Origin: Auanema rhodensis
Lineage: Eukaryota; Animalia; Nematoda
Length of the DNA stretch: 64,000 nt
Direction of reading: 5' to 3'
Assembly (NCBI GenBank): GCA_964057225.1
Contig: OZ059897.1
Span: forward strand, 11,780,001-11,844,000
A model generated the notes under the pieces. That model had not been told where the DNA came from. It did not search any database and saw only the letters and a list, made by a program, of their open reading frames with translations. Made by a program: the position numbers and the translations under genes. This document shows, piece by piece, positions 35,601 through 50,060 of this stretch (within the stretch, counting starts at the first letter, position 1; the number at the start of each line of letters is the position of its first letter).

Positions 35601-38600
35601 CAAAATACCACCCACATAAAAAAGGTGTAATTGGAAGAACTAAGCTTGAAGCTGCATTGTCAGGTCCTGATCAAACATTTTCAGTGAAAATCACTTTAAG
35701 GTGAAACTAGAACATGTACTTCGTTTTTTATTTGAATTATTTTCAGAGAATCAGACTTGTACCTTCTAGAAGTTCCATCAAAAAAAAATTGCTTAGCTTT
35801 GGTTGCTTCTACAACGGCTGTTCTGAATATGAATGATTCCGGAGGAGATATAGAAGCAAATTTGGAAATTCAAGTATGTATATACATTAGGTGTTGAAAC
35901 CAATTTTATTTATTAAAACGTATAGAGCGTTACGTTGGGATGGTGCTCCATGCAGCACGGAGATTCATCTTTAAATCTCTGTTCAAATGACTTTTCTGTT
36001 GGAATTGGGGTATCGGTGGAAAGATTAATGAAACCAAATAACGGACTTCCGCAGTTATCTGTTAAGAAACATTTTGCAGAGGTACCAAGATATTATTATA
36101 GCATTTCATTTATTTATTTTTCAAACTTCTATCAATTTTAGATTGATGTTCGTGGAGTCATAGGTCGGATGGCTTATAAAGACTACAGAGTGATTACAAC
36201 TGTTCTCGAAGGGTTCCAAAAGCATGTTTTGGAGAATTTTGGAAAAACCATGATACCTTCTATTGGTATAAAGAAGCCTGGCAATCGTAAGTATAACTTT
36301 ATTTTATACAGCTATAAATCAATATAATTGTAGCACTTCAATTGGATAAGATAATTTTCAAGACAGAGCATGCGGATATTTGGATTCTCGATGATTACCA
36401 AGGGAGCTCTATTCCATTTTTACGACTTTCTTTCTCGAGTAAGTTTAATTTTTTTGTTTCAAATTGTTTTTGAATGTATTTAGAAGTCGAAGTTGAGCAT
36501 CAAACTGAAAGATTAGTTGCTAATTTGATAATGAGTGCCGATTACTTCAATCAAAAAGTGTTCGGATGGGAGCCTTTCGTTGAAAAATGGAAAATAACAC
36601 GTTTTCTTCTGGATAAGAGGGAGAAATCTCAACGAATTGAACTCATAGCTGGTACTTTTTTCCGCATATTAATAAGAAATAACTTAATAATTTCAGAATC
36701 TAGAACTACTCTAGATATCAATGTTACTGAACAATTAGTTCAACAAGTCATGCAAATGTCAGCCCGATTGCCTGCAATTCAAGCTTCTTTAGAAAAGGAG
36801 GAATACAGGTTACCTTTTTTTTTATTTAGCAATATCTTAATTTTCATTTATTTCCAGAAATTCTTTTATGAAAACTCGGACGGACCATTTACCTTACTTG
36901 TTCAAAAACGAAACTGGATCAGACATCGTATTCACTACAGGTTGTTGTGTTTGTTTTCTTAGAATTAACAGTTTATTTGTAGCTGTTGATGATATTTTGA
37001 CTGCCCGCCATGAACAGAGAAAACCAAATGTGAAGTGGATTACAGTACAAAAGGGGAAAGAACAGACATTCGAATTTCCAACAAAATTGCTGCTCTATTC
37101 AGTACTCTTCGTTTTCCTTCTGGTTTTATTAGTTTTCCGATTTCAGCAAAATCAACGAGAGCCTCCTCGACAATTGATAATTAGGGTATCAGGGTGGGAT
37201 GAAATATCCCAAGTTAATGTTGATACGTGTGGTACTTATTTCAGAGTTGTAAAGGCTACCAAGGTAAATAATACATACATCATGAAATCAAAACTTCCTT
37301 TAAGACATCATTACCAAATGCTCGACTTGTTATTCGTGTGACCATGGAAAAAGATGGAAAAAAAGTTGTAGCTGTGAGATCCTCATTGGAAGTGTATAAT
37401 CAATTACCTCATCCAATTAATGTCTATTCTGAGAGTCACACTAAACGTATTTATATTTATCTTTTGGAAAAAAATTAAAGGGGTGTTTCAGCTATTTTAA
37501 CTGTCGGGATCGATGAATCTTTACCAATTCCTCTGGAACATGCTCATTCTTCATTTTCGATTGTGCCAGCTAGCGGCCAAGAACAAAAAGCGAGGGTAAT
37601 TAATATAACATATTTAGACAATTTCAAACGTGTGTTCAGGCTGAAATAACATGGAAATCGGTACGTATTGCCGGACAAGTTTTGAATACTACTCAACGTT
37701 TGGACGGAATGATGAAAGGCTCTTACTGGCTATGTACCATGGTGCGCAGAGAATATTATCCTGAGGATGAAAATCTTCCAGGCCATTCTGTCTATATTAT
37801 TCCTCCCTTAACAGTTCAGGTAGGGCGCACCCATGAACTTCATAAACCCATAATATCATTTAAGAATCTTCTTCCTATTGATGCTGAAATTAGAGTTGCT
37901 GATCAGGTTTTTGCTATTGGAGCTGGGAAACTACTCCAAATTACGACGGTAATATTGAAACATAATCCTTTTCATTATATTACTTTTACAGGTGGACATT
38001 ACTGCTGATATCAAATTTGTAATATGTACTGATCGAATGAGAGGATCTCACAGCATATCCATATCGAAATCCACAATAGGAGAAGGTCAGCAGTTGCACA
38101 TGAGGTATACAGTATATAGTAGAAGTTTGATAGTTTTTTTTTCAATATAGATTAAAAGATGGAAACGACCGATTTTTGGACATGTATGCAAATCTTAAAA
38201 TTGGTTTTGGAGGATCGGTGTCCATGTCACTCTGGGTCCCCTACTGGATTGTGAACAAATCTGGGATTCCACTTGTTATTAAGCAGGAAGCTGCGAATCA
38301 TGAGTCTGCTGGACAAGGGGATGAACATGAAAAGGCAAAAGACAAACATCCCTTAATGTTCAGCTTTTCGGATGATGGTTGTCCTCATCAGTATGTGTAT
38401 CGGGTGTATTTTATATGACAGATATTTATTTTAGATGTGTTGTTAGAGTTGGTGGAAGTTTCATTACCGAGCCTGGATATCAACCTATGTATGGCAAACG
38501 TTTTCCATTAACACCCGGAGTTCAAGCAATGAAGCTACGACTAATACATGATACTCTACCTACGTTGTAAGTACATTCTCTATATATTTTTTGAATTTTT

Positions 38601-41600
38601 TTTTAACATTTAGATATTATAATGTTGGAGTAGAAGTTCGTGCGGGAACTGGAAGATATAAAGATACACAAGTTGTTTTGCTCACTTCTCGATATGTTCT
38701 AAATAACCAGTCTTCATATAAAATATCTGTATGCCACTCTGGTGAAGGCATGATGGAAGTAAGAACTATTAAAAATAGTATGAATTCTTATATATTTTCA
38801 GCAAATGTCCAACTATGTCCACATAGCTGCTCAATGCAGCTTGGTATGGAATGAGAAAGTTGAAGGTGAACTAATCCGAGTAAGAAGATCAGATGTTCGT
38901 CATTGGAGTTGTCCTTTCCGTATAGATAGGATAGGTTCATTTCATATCACAATGCGGTAAGAATGTTTTTGGAAATGTATTTAATTTGATTATTTAGTGA
39001 TGGAGATGAAACACCTAGATTTATTAGGGTTGAAATTATTCTCAGTAGCGCTGCTTTCTGTGTTACTTTCACAGATGCTGAGTATTTTCCTCCACCAATT
39101 AGAATAGACAATCAATCTGATGTATGCTTACTTTTTGCTTTTTGATTTTTATATATTTGTTGGTGTATTAGGTTCCTGTTTTATATCAACAACATTCTGC
39201 TAACCTTGTTGGATCTCATCTACGCACAATCTGCAAAGCTAAAAGCCATGTTGATTACGCTTGGGATGATTTGTATGGAACAAAGTTGATAGTTCTACAG
39301 GTTATTCTTAGCATGTGTTAAATAATAAATACTTTTTTTTCAGGTTTATGAAAACAAATCCCATGAATACGATCCTGCTTGTCCTGGAATAGACAAGAAA
39401 ACACTGGTCTATGAAAATCATACATTCTTCCAATTAGTTTCTTCTTTCGAAAAGTACATTAGTTTTAAAGGATTGTAATGAAATGTCTTCTTTTCAGAGG
39501 CTATAATTCTAGAATGACTGAAGAATGTGAACTTGTTCTTGAAACGTTATTGAGAGGCAAAGTTACATTGAATAAGCAAAATAGAATTGATGGAAAGTAT
39601 GTTAATTCTATTATCTTATATTTGATTTTGATATTTTTTTGTTTCTTATTTTAGTTCTGGTAACCAATTATGGAAATTATGTTCGGATGGTTGTATCGAG
39701 AACATCGGAATATCTAATCGAATGAATGAACGAATGGTTTTAGATGTTCTTGATTCTAATGGTTATCAACTAATGATGGGTAAATATAATCCTTCTCGTG
39801 ATAAGTATCAGAAATGGACATTCATGCCCGTGAGTAATTTGGTTAAAACTCCTCGTATATAATGTTTTATAAAGAGTGGTCAATTATGTCTTCAAGCTCT
39901 ACCTCGTCTTTTTGTTACCGCTAGAAAAACTGAAGTTTGTCTCGAAGAAAATGATCCTAACAGCCCATTAAATGAAGATTGTGTTCCTGTCTCACAGGTA
40001 CTATTTTGTTTCTTTGGCAAATAACTTTCATTACAATAGGTGTGGAAGCTTAGTCGACAAAGAGCTGGAAGTGGAAAATTAGAAGTAGAATGTCTTCATA
40101 GTGGGCCAACTTTGGTAAATTTGATTCCAAGATTCAGTTTTTTACGAGTCATTTAGGTTGTTCGTATAACTGATAAGGAGAAAAAGCGGGCCCTCTCTCT
40201 ACCCTCTACTCAAATGCAAACACCGGGTGCTTGGGAAATAAGTGTTTCACTCCGCAGTGGAATTGGAATATCAGTTGTTAATGGATTGTACGAAGAGCTT
40301 CTCTACGCTAGATTATCTGGCATTGACGCAACTGCCAAGCGAATAAATGATAGCTATCGTTTGAACGCCAGTGTAGGATTCATTCAAGTGGATAATCAAC
40401 TTATTGGAGCTGAGAAAGTTCCTGTAATATTCTGTCAAGCTGAATATAGCTCTGAAGATGATCTTCTCAACGAAGTAATATTATTAGAATTTCAATGGAT
40501 AAAATTAAGATATCAATTATAGAATTTACCTACTGGAGTTCCCTATACAATAAATCCAGCATTGAGATTAGAGATGAACTGTACACCAATGAAGAATTAT
40601 GATGCATTTGATGTAAGTTTTTTCTAATTTTTACGTTTTTATTTAAAATACTTTCAGTGTTTCCGTTTGAAGTTATGTGATGTTAATTTTAATCTGAACG
40701 AGCTTATTATGTGGAAACTTGTTCAATTCGTACAAGCTTCTGACGTTGCATCAAGCGTTCAACAAAAAGCTCTCAGTTTGCCTCCTAATCTAGAGTATCA
40801 TTTGTTGAATTTAGCGAAAAGAAATTGTTTTCGTTTTAGAATTGATCGTCCCGATCCACTGCGTACGAGGCGTTGGTATTTTGGAACTTTAGAGCTTGTT
40901 ATGGGTCAGATAGCTTTGAGCGGTATTAAATATTTTGAAATGTAATAAGTATTAATTATTTAAGTTACAACTGTTCCGAAATCGAGCTTGCCAGTCGAAT
41001 GCAAAAACCTTAGACAGCAATTCAACGTGAAGCTAGTGTCGTTTGAAAATGCCACTGTTTCTCTTCCACCTTTCCGACAATCCCATTATTTTGAGACTTC
41101 AATGTTTTTAGTAGAGTCCTTGCAAAAGTTTTACTTTGGTTTGTTTAAAAATCTGATTCTGTCTAATTTTATATTTTTGTTTAGCTGAACTACAAAAACA
41201 GACTCTTAATATTGTTGTAACACTAGATGCTTTCGGAAATCCTCTCGGTCTTGTGACAGATCTGAAAGATTCTTTCCAAGGTCTTTTCATAGAAGGCGAT
41301 GTTCAACGCTTTGTAGCTGGTTTAGGCTACGGAGTTTCTAACAGTATCTCAAAGGTAAGTAATGAAGAATTGAAATACTCCAATCACTGATTTCAAGATG
41401 GCTTCTTCAATGGCCTCTGGTGTTGGATCTCTTACTTTTGATCAAGCTCATGAACTAAGAAGAAGGAACAACATGATAAGATCACAAAGGTATATATTCG
41501 TACTACATCTCGTATAATAGAAATTATTAATTATAGCTCATCGTCTACTCCTCTGACACATCTTTATTCGGGAGTTAAAGGCTTAGGTATGGGTGTTTTT

Positions 41601-42556
41601 GGCGGAGTAACTGCTATTCTCACTAATACTATAACTGAAAGTCGGAAAAGTGGAATTGTTTCGGTAAGCAGAAAATTAGCCGAACATTAATAAAAGTTGT
41701 GTCCTAGGGTACTTTAAGGGGACTTACTACAGGCGCTGTTGATACAGTCACAAAACCTGTACAAGGATTGTTCGATTTGGTTGAGGGTACTGCTTCAGCT
41801 ATGAAAGAGTTGGCGGGTCCAGCTGCATCTGGATCAAGGAGAGCTGTTATATACGAGTATATTTTTGAAATTTTTATATGCAATACTTCGAATTATTTAG
41901 ACGAATTCGTCCTCCGAGAGTTTGTCGAGATCTGTTTCATCTATTGCCACCGTATGACTTCAAGTTAGCAAATTGCCAACTGGAAATGCTTCGAATTAAT
42001 GGATATTCGATGAAAGAAAGGTATTGAGTGGTTGCATTTTATGAAGTAACTGTTCTTCTATAGATTATTGGATGTTGAAACATGTCTAGAGCAACTGGAA
42101 GGTGATCGTCGTGTTGTACGTCAATACGTCCTTATATCCACTAAACAGTCTTATGTTTGCAAACAGGTTATTTAATATCACCTTTTTATTTTAATATTTG
42201 ATTTATTCTTAAGGTTAATGGAGAATCATCTTCTGTTATCCAAAGAATTGCTTATAAATATCTGCGATCAGTCCAGCCAATTCCAGAGCTTAAGAATAGT
42301 TGTGCTGCTATCGGTTAGTCTCTTTATAAATGATAGTAAACTATATATACTTCGTTTAGATATTCGATCGGATAACAACCATGAACAAAAAATTTGGTGC
42401 AGCAGTGAATTAGTAAGCATAGAAGTCTCCTTTTAACTTGGCATAACTCTTTACTTTCAGGTTGCTCGAAGACTAGCTGATAAAATAACACGTGCTAAGC
42501 ATGAATACGATCATAGTAAACGAACTTTAAATGAGCATAATAACTATACCATATGA
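29684..42556 (+). CDS. VPS13D: VPS13D lipid transfer protein
   Basis: Chorein-[29 protein letters not shown]; GWEPFVEKW; VAB repeats ([22 protein letters not shown]); ricin-B-like QLW/QKW repeats; [11 protein letters not shown]; [10 protein letters not shown]; RIRPPR; about 73 introns by hand count. Confidence 0.95.
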
Positions 42557-43006
42557 TGAATAGTTGCCACTTAACGTAATTGAGCTTCAGGTACTTGTAG
42601 TTCTAGTTTCACTTTTGTTCATATCAAGTCGCAAAATTCCGGTGTGTAATTTTAGTCTAGTCATTTAATTCAGTTACTCACAATGATAATCGTAATACGA
42701 CGATAGCGAGATCTCTCACATATAGAAAGAAAAAAACTTTATTTTCCATTTTTCTCTTTTTTATCAATAATTACTATTACAAATATATAAATATATATAC
42801 ATATATATTATGTACTGTGTTAAATTGCCTTAATAACTATACGAGCTATTATTTTGAAGTCTGTGATATATAGCTATATTTATATATTTTATTCTAATAA
42901 AGATTTTATGGGATAACACATGTATTTTGTTCTTTGTTTTAGTTAAAGTTTTCTATTCTCATTACCTTTCCGGATAATCTGAATCATAATTTTGTTCTCT
43001 AGTCTT

Positions 43007-43302
43007 ATGGCGTATGGATTTCGAGTGTTTATTGGATCCTGTATATTCTCTGCGTCTTGTATAGGTAACCATGTGTTCTGAGGTGGTTCAAACAATTTTA
43101 CTTAAGGGTTTGTTCTCTGGGATGAGAGACGTCAAAAAACAAGAAGGCAAGAGGGTGTTAAATATCGCTTAAATTCCATACAGCAGCAACACGTTTGTTC
43201 TTTTTCTCTGAACCACTATATTCGTCAATTTTTCTACAGAACATGGAAGAGTATGAGTTACAAAAAAGAAAATATGAAGAATATAAAGCAGAACATGCTT
43301 AG
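43007..43302 (+). CDS. PET117: Cytochrome c oxidase assembly factor PET117-like
   Basis: MAYGFRVFIGSCIFSASCIGFVLWDERRQKTRRQEGVKYRLNSIQQQQNMEEYELQKRKYEEYKAEHA; single TM followed by RxxEGV coiled segment; 3 exons. Confidence 0.75.
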
Positions 43303-43474
43303 TTTATTAATTGTTATATAGATTAGTTTTTAAATATTGGGTTGTTACACTTAATAAAAAACATTTTTAGCATTCTCATGTTAGCATTACATTATAAAGG
43401 TTTATTATCCTTTGTCTGTTTCAATAATATATACCAATAATAGTTCAAATCCTTATTTACTCATTTATATATAG

Positions 43475-44619
43475 ATGATTCAAAGTCTTGTGCGTAGGGG
43501 CAACCTTTTTCAATTCCCAGTAGTTTTGAGCAGTCGGCAGCTTTCACTCACAGTTAACTTAAATCAGTAAGAAGTATATTTTATGTCACATTTTGTGTTT
43601 ATATTTTAAGATCTGAACTTAAGAAGGAAAATTGGAAGAAGAATATTGTCTACTTATACCAGGTCTTCATCTATATTCATCATTTGTATTATAAGCTTTT
43701 TTCAATTATAGTTTCCTAGGCCCGTATTGTTACCAAACTTTTCACCATTCTGTCTCAAAGTTGAAACTTTTCTCCGAGTTCACAACATAAAATATGAAGT
43801 TTGTTTTGATGATTTTCAGTATAATGTTTTTTTTCTTAAGGTTATTGGAAGCTACACTCAGCGCTCTCAAAATGGTTTACTACCTTTCATAGAGTTAAAT
43901 GGAAAGCAAATTGCGGATTCTCAAGTTATACTGTGGCAATTGCAGAAACATTTTAATGTCTCAGTATGTCTACTGATCAGTTTGGTTTCTAATTTTAGTT
44001 TAAAGGATAATGTGTCGAACACTGAACAACTTGGACTTGTACGATCAGTAGATCGTATGATCTCCTGCCATACCAATTAGTTTGTTTTGATTCCTTTTTT
44101 TTAAATTAAAGTGCTGCATATTTCAGTTTACTTATGAATGATGCTGTAGTTGAAAATTCAAAGATAATGCTATCGAGAAGAATAAGTGGCCTCATGCTTC
44201 CTGGTTTTATAACCGACTTGATGGGAAATAAATTTTCCAAGCTAGTTTGTTAGAAATGGTTCTTCTGTATACTACATTTGTATTAGGCGAAAAAAAGAAT
44301 GAATGGAGTTTTGGGAAATTTGTCAAGAGATGACCGACGTGAATCATTGCGGCGAGATGTTGAAGCATTGGATGCGATTTTAGGAGACAAAAAGTTTTTA
44401 TTTGGTGATAGAATGACAATTGTATTTTTTTTTATTATATTCTCAATTTTATTTTATTATGTATAGGCTGATTGCTCTGCGTTTGCCCATCTAGGAATTG
44501 CAGCTCATTTGCCCTATAGACAGCATATAACAGACTTATTGGAAGACGATTACCCTCGGATTCTTAATTATATCAAAAGAATCCGTACTCATTACTTTCA
44601 AGAATGGAAAGATGAATAG
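43475..44619 (+). CDS. Failed-axon-connections/metaxin-like GST-fold protein (CDR family)
   Basis: [68 protein letters not shown]; mitochondrial-leader-like N-terminus. Confidence 0.92.
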
Positions 44620-45042
44620 AAATTTAGAAGAGAATATGTGAATATATTTTGTAGTTGAGTTATTTATTGCTGACCTGTAGGTAGTTTTGTAGAGTTGTAA
44701 GAAGTACAGGTATGTAGATATTGCATAAATTCGTTTCATCGTCTTCGAGATAGCATCATAAATTCTAAATTCTTGTCCTGTTTATCCATTTGTTCAATCT
44801 CTTACTTCGTTTGAACACCTTGGAACATTATGTCGCTCATAATGTCCGTCTCGGCAGCCTCTTGCACATCAAGTGTGTTCTTTAATGACCCAAAAAGATT
44901 TCCTCGATGAATAATTAAAATCAACCATCCTTTCCTATCTAGACACTTCTTCACATATTTTGATCTAACTTCTACAGAATTTTATATTTATATATACAGA
45001 AATTTATATATTTATAATCTTCGACTATTATAATTCATCTAA

Positions 45043-46047
45043 ATGTTTCGTACTACTTTTATCTTTGTGATAATCACCGTTATATATGCTAGTCGTATAA
45101 AAAGGGATTTCATGTTTGTTACTGATTCTAATGGAACTGATACTGAATGCTTTGAAGTGGGAGTTCGTGAGAATTGAACAATTTGTTTTTATTTGTTTCT
45201 CAGGATTGTAATGATAAATATCGGCATGATTTCGAGTACAGCTTCAACTTAAATACAACGGATTTTTACGATTTCCCCTTTCATCCTATTGTTCTACGAT
45301 ATTCTTCCTTTCTTTTATTTTGTCGACTAGCTCAGCAACGAACTGAGTGTTATCAGAGTAAATGTGGAGATACGGTACGATTATCATAAGCATACTGTAA
45401 AATTAAAACTTTTTAAGATGGCTGATACTATGTTCTCACCTTCTAATTTTATTTGCAATTTTAAAAAAAATCAATTTACGGAGGTTTGAACGTTATCTTT
45501 TGAATATACATTTTTGGTAAAATTGTCTTTATTTGGTTTTTTTCTTAAGGTTCGTCCATGTTTATCTGAAGCTGAACCTAAATCATTTTTGAAGTGTGAT
45601 AAAGAATGCCATGACACTGTCATGAAGAAAAAAGAAAATTTAAATGATAATCAGAAAAAGGTTTTATTGATTCTTTATATAAAAAATATAAGATATTAAT
45701 TTAGATATATTCTATGACTGAAATGGAAGGATATGAAGTGGAACTTGATAAGCTTTGTACTTTTCAGTCATGTTATTTGACTTGTGTAGATCCTATTCTT
45801 GAAGAAGTAAAAAACAGGAATTTAAATGTTCATTCACAAATTGTATTTCTAGACATGTACACCCAGTCTTTATGGAAAAAGTTTAGATCTATTGAAGTCT
45901 TTAGTTGAATGGCATGCTGCTGATATATATGATTGGCATCTAATGAATGATCAGGAATCACAACTTCCTCGAAGCTGTCGTCAATTAGCAACTAGTCGTC
46001 ATTATGGAGGTGTTGATCCCATATTGCAATTGTTTGAAAGGTTTTAG
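45043..46047 (+). CDS. Secreted cysteine-rich CPG4-domain-like protein
   Basis: Signal peptide MFRTTFIFVIITVIYA, RIKR furin-like site, C-rich KCDKECH...LDKLCTFQSCYLTC...LPRSCRQL pattern. Confidence 0.75.
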
Positions 46048-46188
46048 AAGCATTAATGCAAATACTTTATTTCAAGTGCTGTTATTAGTAATGTTATTTG
46101 AAACAATTTGTTCCGTAATCCATGGATGTTATAATAAGTCATCAATCATCTATCAAACCCGTAATTTAAGCAAAATAATGTTATGTAC

Positions 46189-47885
46189 TTAGTGGGAACC
46201 ATATCGAATTTTATAGAAAGAGATATTGTATGTACGATCAAAAACTAGTTGATGTACACATTGAACAAAACCGAGGTCAAATTGTGGATCAGTTCGGATA
46301 AACAAATTTCGGGAATTTCTAAGATTTAAAAAATAATTTTTAGCTCAAAAATAGAAACTTACTCTGCATATTGATAATTTTCCATGCCTAAAACACAATT
46401 TCCTTGACGATCAAACAAGTTGCTCGTGCATAACGGGTATGTCGATTTCGACACAAATGTCTAAAGTAGTTGAATATAATAATTCACAATATATTGCAAA
46501 GAAACCTGGCATTTCGCAAGATGTTGACGACTCATTTTATTTTTAATAATATCAAAAAATACTTTATGAAATTCTGAAGATAATATTAATGTTTCACGTC
46601 GCCCACTCAGGTAGGAACAAATTGCTTTTTTCGCATAATCTAAAGCAAAATTATGTAGATATAAGCTTATATCTTTATAAAACATACCCAATTCGTGTTT
46701 CACAATATCACTGCTATTATCTTTTGTTTTAATGTCCTTTACTTGTTTTAAAATTCTTATTTGTTCTTCGCTGAAGTTATTTCTTCCTATTTTAGCTGCT
46801 TCACCTAGTCTTCGGGCATAATCAGCAATAAAATGAATGGACTGTAGAGGAATTTCGTTTTCCTATAAAATAAATTAAAGGAAATGGTAATTAAACCAAA
46901 TATTGCTTAAAGCATAAACAAGAAAGCATTCAAAACAAATATATTACCTGCATTATAAGCAAATGTTTCCATCCAAATTTATCCATTTTCTCTAAGCATG
47001 ATTCATAAGCAGCAAATTCCTGATGAGGATTTGAAACATCAAAAGTTTCATCCGGCACAATAACATTGATTATACATTTAGCCAGAAATCTCACCTTAAA
47101 AGATTATTTAACAGTTTTTATTCGAATAGCCAGATGCGTACTTTTCAAGTTTTTTACTTGTTCAGAACAAAACTCATTATTTTCAATCATCAATGAAAAC
47201 TTATTGTAACTAATTGAAACATAAAAATTTAATGAAAACAAAAAGTCAAGAGTTAACTCGAATGGATACATGGAAATTCATATTTCTCTACTAGTTACCT
47301 TTGTTTGGAATTGTTCTGTTGAGTTACTGCTCAATGGAAAACAGAAGAAATGAATTGGTGAATACAGCATAGACAAAGTTTCTTCAACAAATTCATAATC
47401 CTTTAATTAATTATATTATTAAATGAATAAGACGCCGGAATAACTTTGGAAACAAGCTTCGTGATATATAAGGGATGATGAACTTCCATACTATCCGGAA
47501 CCTCCATAGGCAGATACCATTTTTTCCGAATTGACCAACATCTGAGGAGTTTTTTTTTAAAAAGCCAAATTTTTAGAAGATTTGAAACACAGGAAAGCGA
47601 CAACGTAAAAATTCACAAACCCTCTTCCTGATAAATCAGTAATGTTGTGAACTCCAGATACTGTTCGATTTAAAATATATTCTTGCAACTGAATTTCATT
47701 TTTCATAGAATTGCAATCAATTGCAATTTTAGGAACAGGAACAATAAATAAATGATAACTGAAAAAATTAAAAAAAAAGGAAAATAAATAACAATTACTT
47801 TAAAAACTTACTTCCATAAAACAAAAACAATTAAAACTATGAATGATGTGAATATTATCGTAAATGGCAAGGCTAATAATATCAT
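46189..47885 (-). CDS. Divergent Core-2/I-branching glycosyltransferase-like protein (GT14)
   Basis: Type II TM anchor; DYEFVEETLSMLYSPIHFFCF..FQTKVRFLAKCIINV; AYESCLEKM..WKHLLIMQ; GNCVLGMENY; PQFDLGFVQCVHQLVFDRT. Confidence 0.8.
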
Positions 47886-50060
47886 TTTAGTTGATGTCAA
47901 TGATGTCATTATTAAGTGCTGCAACTTTTTTTTAACGAAATCTGATATATATGAAATGGATTTCAAATACGATTAAACAAAGAGTTTTTTCTCTGAAACT
48001 AGGAAAATGAAAATTGTAAAACATTACTGATAGGGCTCTTCCTACCAATATACCCTTAGCACAAAAAGGTAGCCGTTGTTTTATGTTGAAGATAGCTGGG
48101 AGAGTGGAGGGGGTCGTTCAAGAGAATAAAAAACCTGTATATCAGTCACGGTTCTTCTATCAATCAAATAAACACATAACATCATCATCTATTCAGACAT
48201 CCCCCCCTCTATATATAGTATTCCATACAAAGATTAAGGTTACAATTACAAAATATGAGCCTTATTCTAATAAGAAAGAGAAACTTTCGAAATTTTATAT
48301 TGCATATTTCTAATAGGCATTTGTTCCTGCTGGTTTCAAATTGTTCAAAAAGACGTTTTAGCTTAACATGTCCCTGCTTTCACTTATGACATCATCCATG
48401 CATGGTCGTATATCGTATCTATCGTAATACTCTGCTATACATGTTCTTAGCTTATCCTAACAGTAATATTCTTTCATGTTCTTCATTTAAGAAAAAGAAT
48501 ATATACAAGCCTACATAGTATCATGCGATTAAAAGGAAAAGAAAATATGCCAAAATAGAACTAATGAATGAAATTCAGTTTTAGTAGAGCAAGGTTTTAA
48601 AGCGACGAAGTTTAATTAAATAAACTTTTTCATTAAATTCCAAAATTTCAAATCTCTTCCAAGTGTATATCGAAACCGTCGTAAGTTGATTCAATTGTAA
48701 TTTCAATGATAAATAGCTCAAATGCCTCTATCGACTTGATTTCATTGTTGAGAAACTGCAATAAATGCTTTCAATGTTTGTGAAACATTTAATTGGTATT
48801 AAATGTATTTTTCATATTGTATCAACAATGACCGGTTGTGTTCTTTTGAGCGTTGCATAGAAAATTAAGCTAGAAAATCTAGTACTTATTGGATTTTTAT
48901 CACCTTTAAATTTGGTTTATTTTGAGTAAACTTTTCAAACAAATTGAATTAGACATATGTTGGTGAGATAGTTAATTAACGAAAAATTTTACATTTGAGA
49001 TCTTCTCTCAAACGTTTTTACCACACATTTCTACTATGCTCTTCTGCAAGCTATTTCTGTTTTCATTTTAAAGCATATTTTTTACAAATATTTCTTTGTT
49101 GATCAATATATTGAAAATGAAAGTCTTGTTGATTTTTCAAATAATACTTATATGAAGTATGTTTTTCATATACTTGCGAGTGAATGATTCATTTCTCTTT
49201 TTCCGGTTTCATCCGGATTCGTAATAAAGAATCATGATTATATCTATTACTTGTATACTGATACATAGAAATTAATTTATTTGTTTAATGAAAACGTAAC
49301 TACAGTTAAACTTCAACAGACTTTAACACACGTTAATCGAAATTCTTATGTATAACTTTGCGTAGAACTAATAGGATCTGAGACTGGTATGTAAATACAA
49401 TATGTAGATAATTCCTATTATATACGATCTTGTATGAGTCAAAATTCTAAAAATGGTAAACATTGCCCTACTGTGCTTAGCTAAAATTGTTCTTTCACAT
49501 TAAATTGTGAATAAGCTATATAAAACATAAATTAAACCAAATTAAGAAAGAAATACGAAGAAATGTTTTCATATCGGCACAGAATATTCAAAAAAATAAA
49601 AATGGATTAATATACGAGATTTCCAAGAAACAAAAACATAACTTCCCTCTTATCATCAAAAAGTTGCAAAACAAGCCATCAAGTATCTGGTAAAAAAAGC
49701 ATTTTAAACAGAAATGGAAAAATGCGTCGACAGTATATTTTTAAGCATTTAAAATAACATGTTATTCCAAACAAATATTGAAGTAGCTCTTAATTCTTAT
49801 CAAATATTTTATTTGTTTAAACTATACTCAATTCGTGCACAATGAAAAGTGATTGTCTTCTGAAATAAGGTTATCAATGACGTCTTGAAAATATTCTTTG
49901 ACATCAAGAATATTTCTCAAATTCACCAAAACTGTAATATATAGATACGCAATTACGTATTTTCATTTTTATTCAAATTTTGAATTTTCTTCGATGTACA
50001 AAAAATAAATATTGTTATATTCGAATATAATAAAGCATTTCTGATTTAGTTTTGATACAG

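Noticed and set aside
47160-47195. C-box TGATGA and D-box CTGA in a GT14 intron
   Set aside because: Only about 20 nt apart, too short for a C/D snoRNA, with no guide recognised.
47886-50060. 2.2 kb gap with short exon-like stretches
   Set aside because: Could not assemble a spliced ORF or find TIRs or repeats; treated as divergent intergenic DNA.
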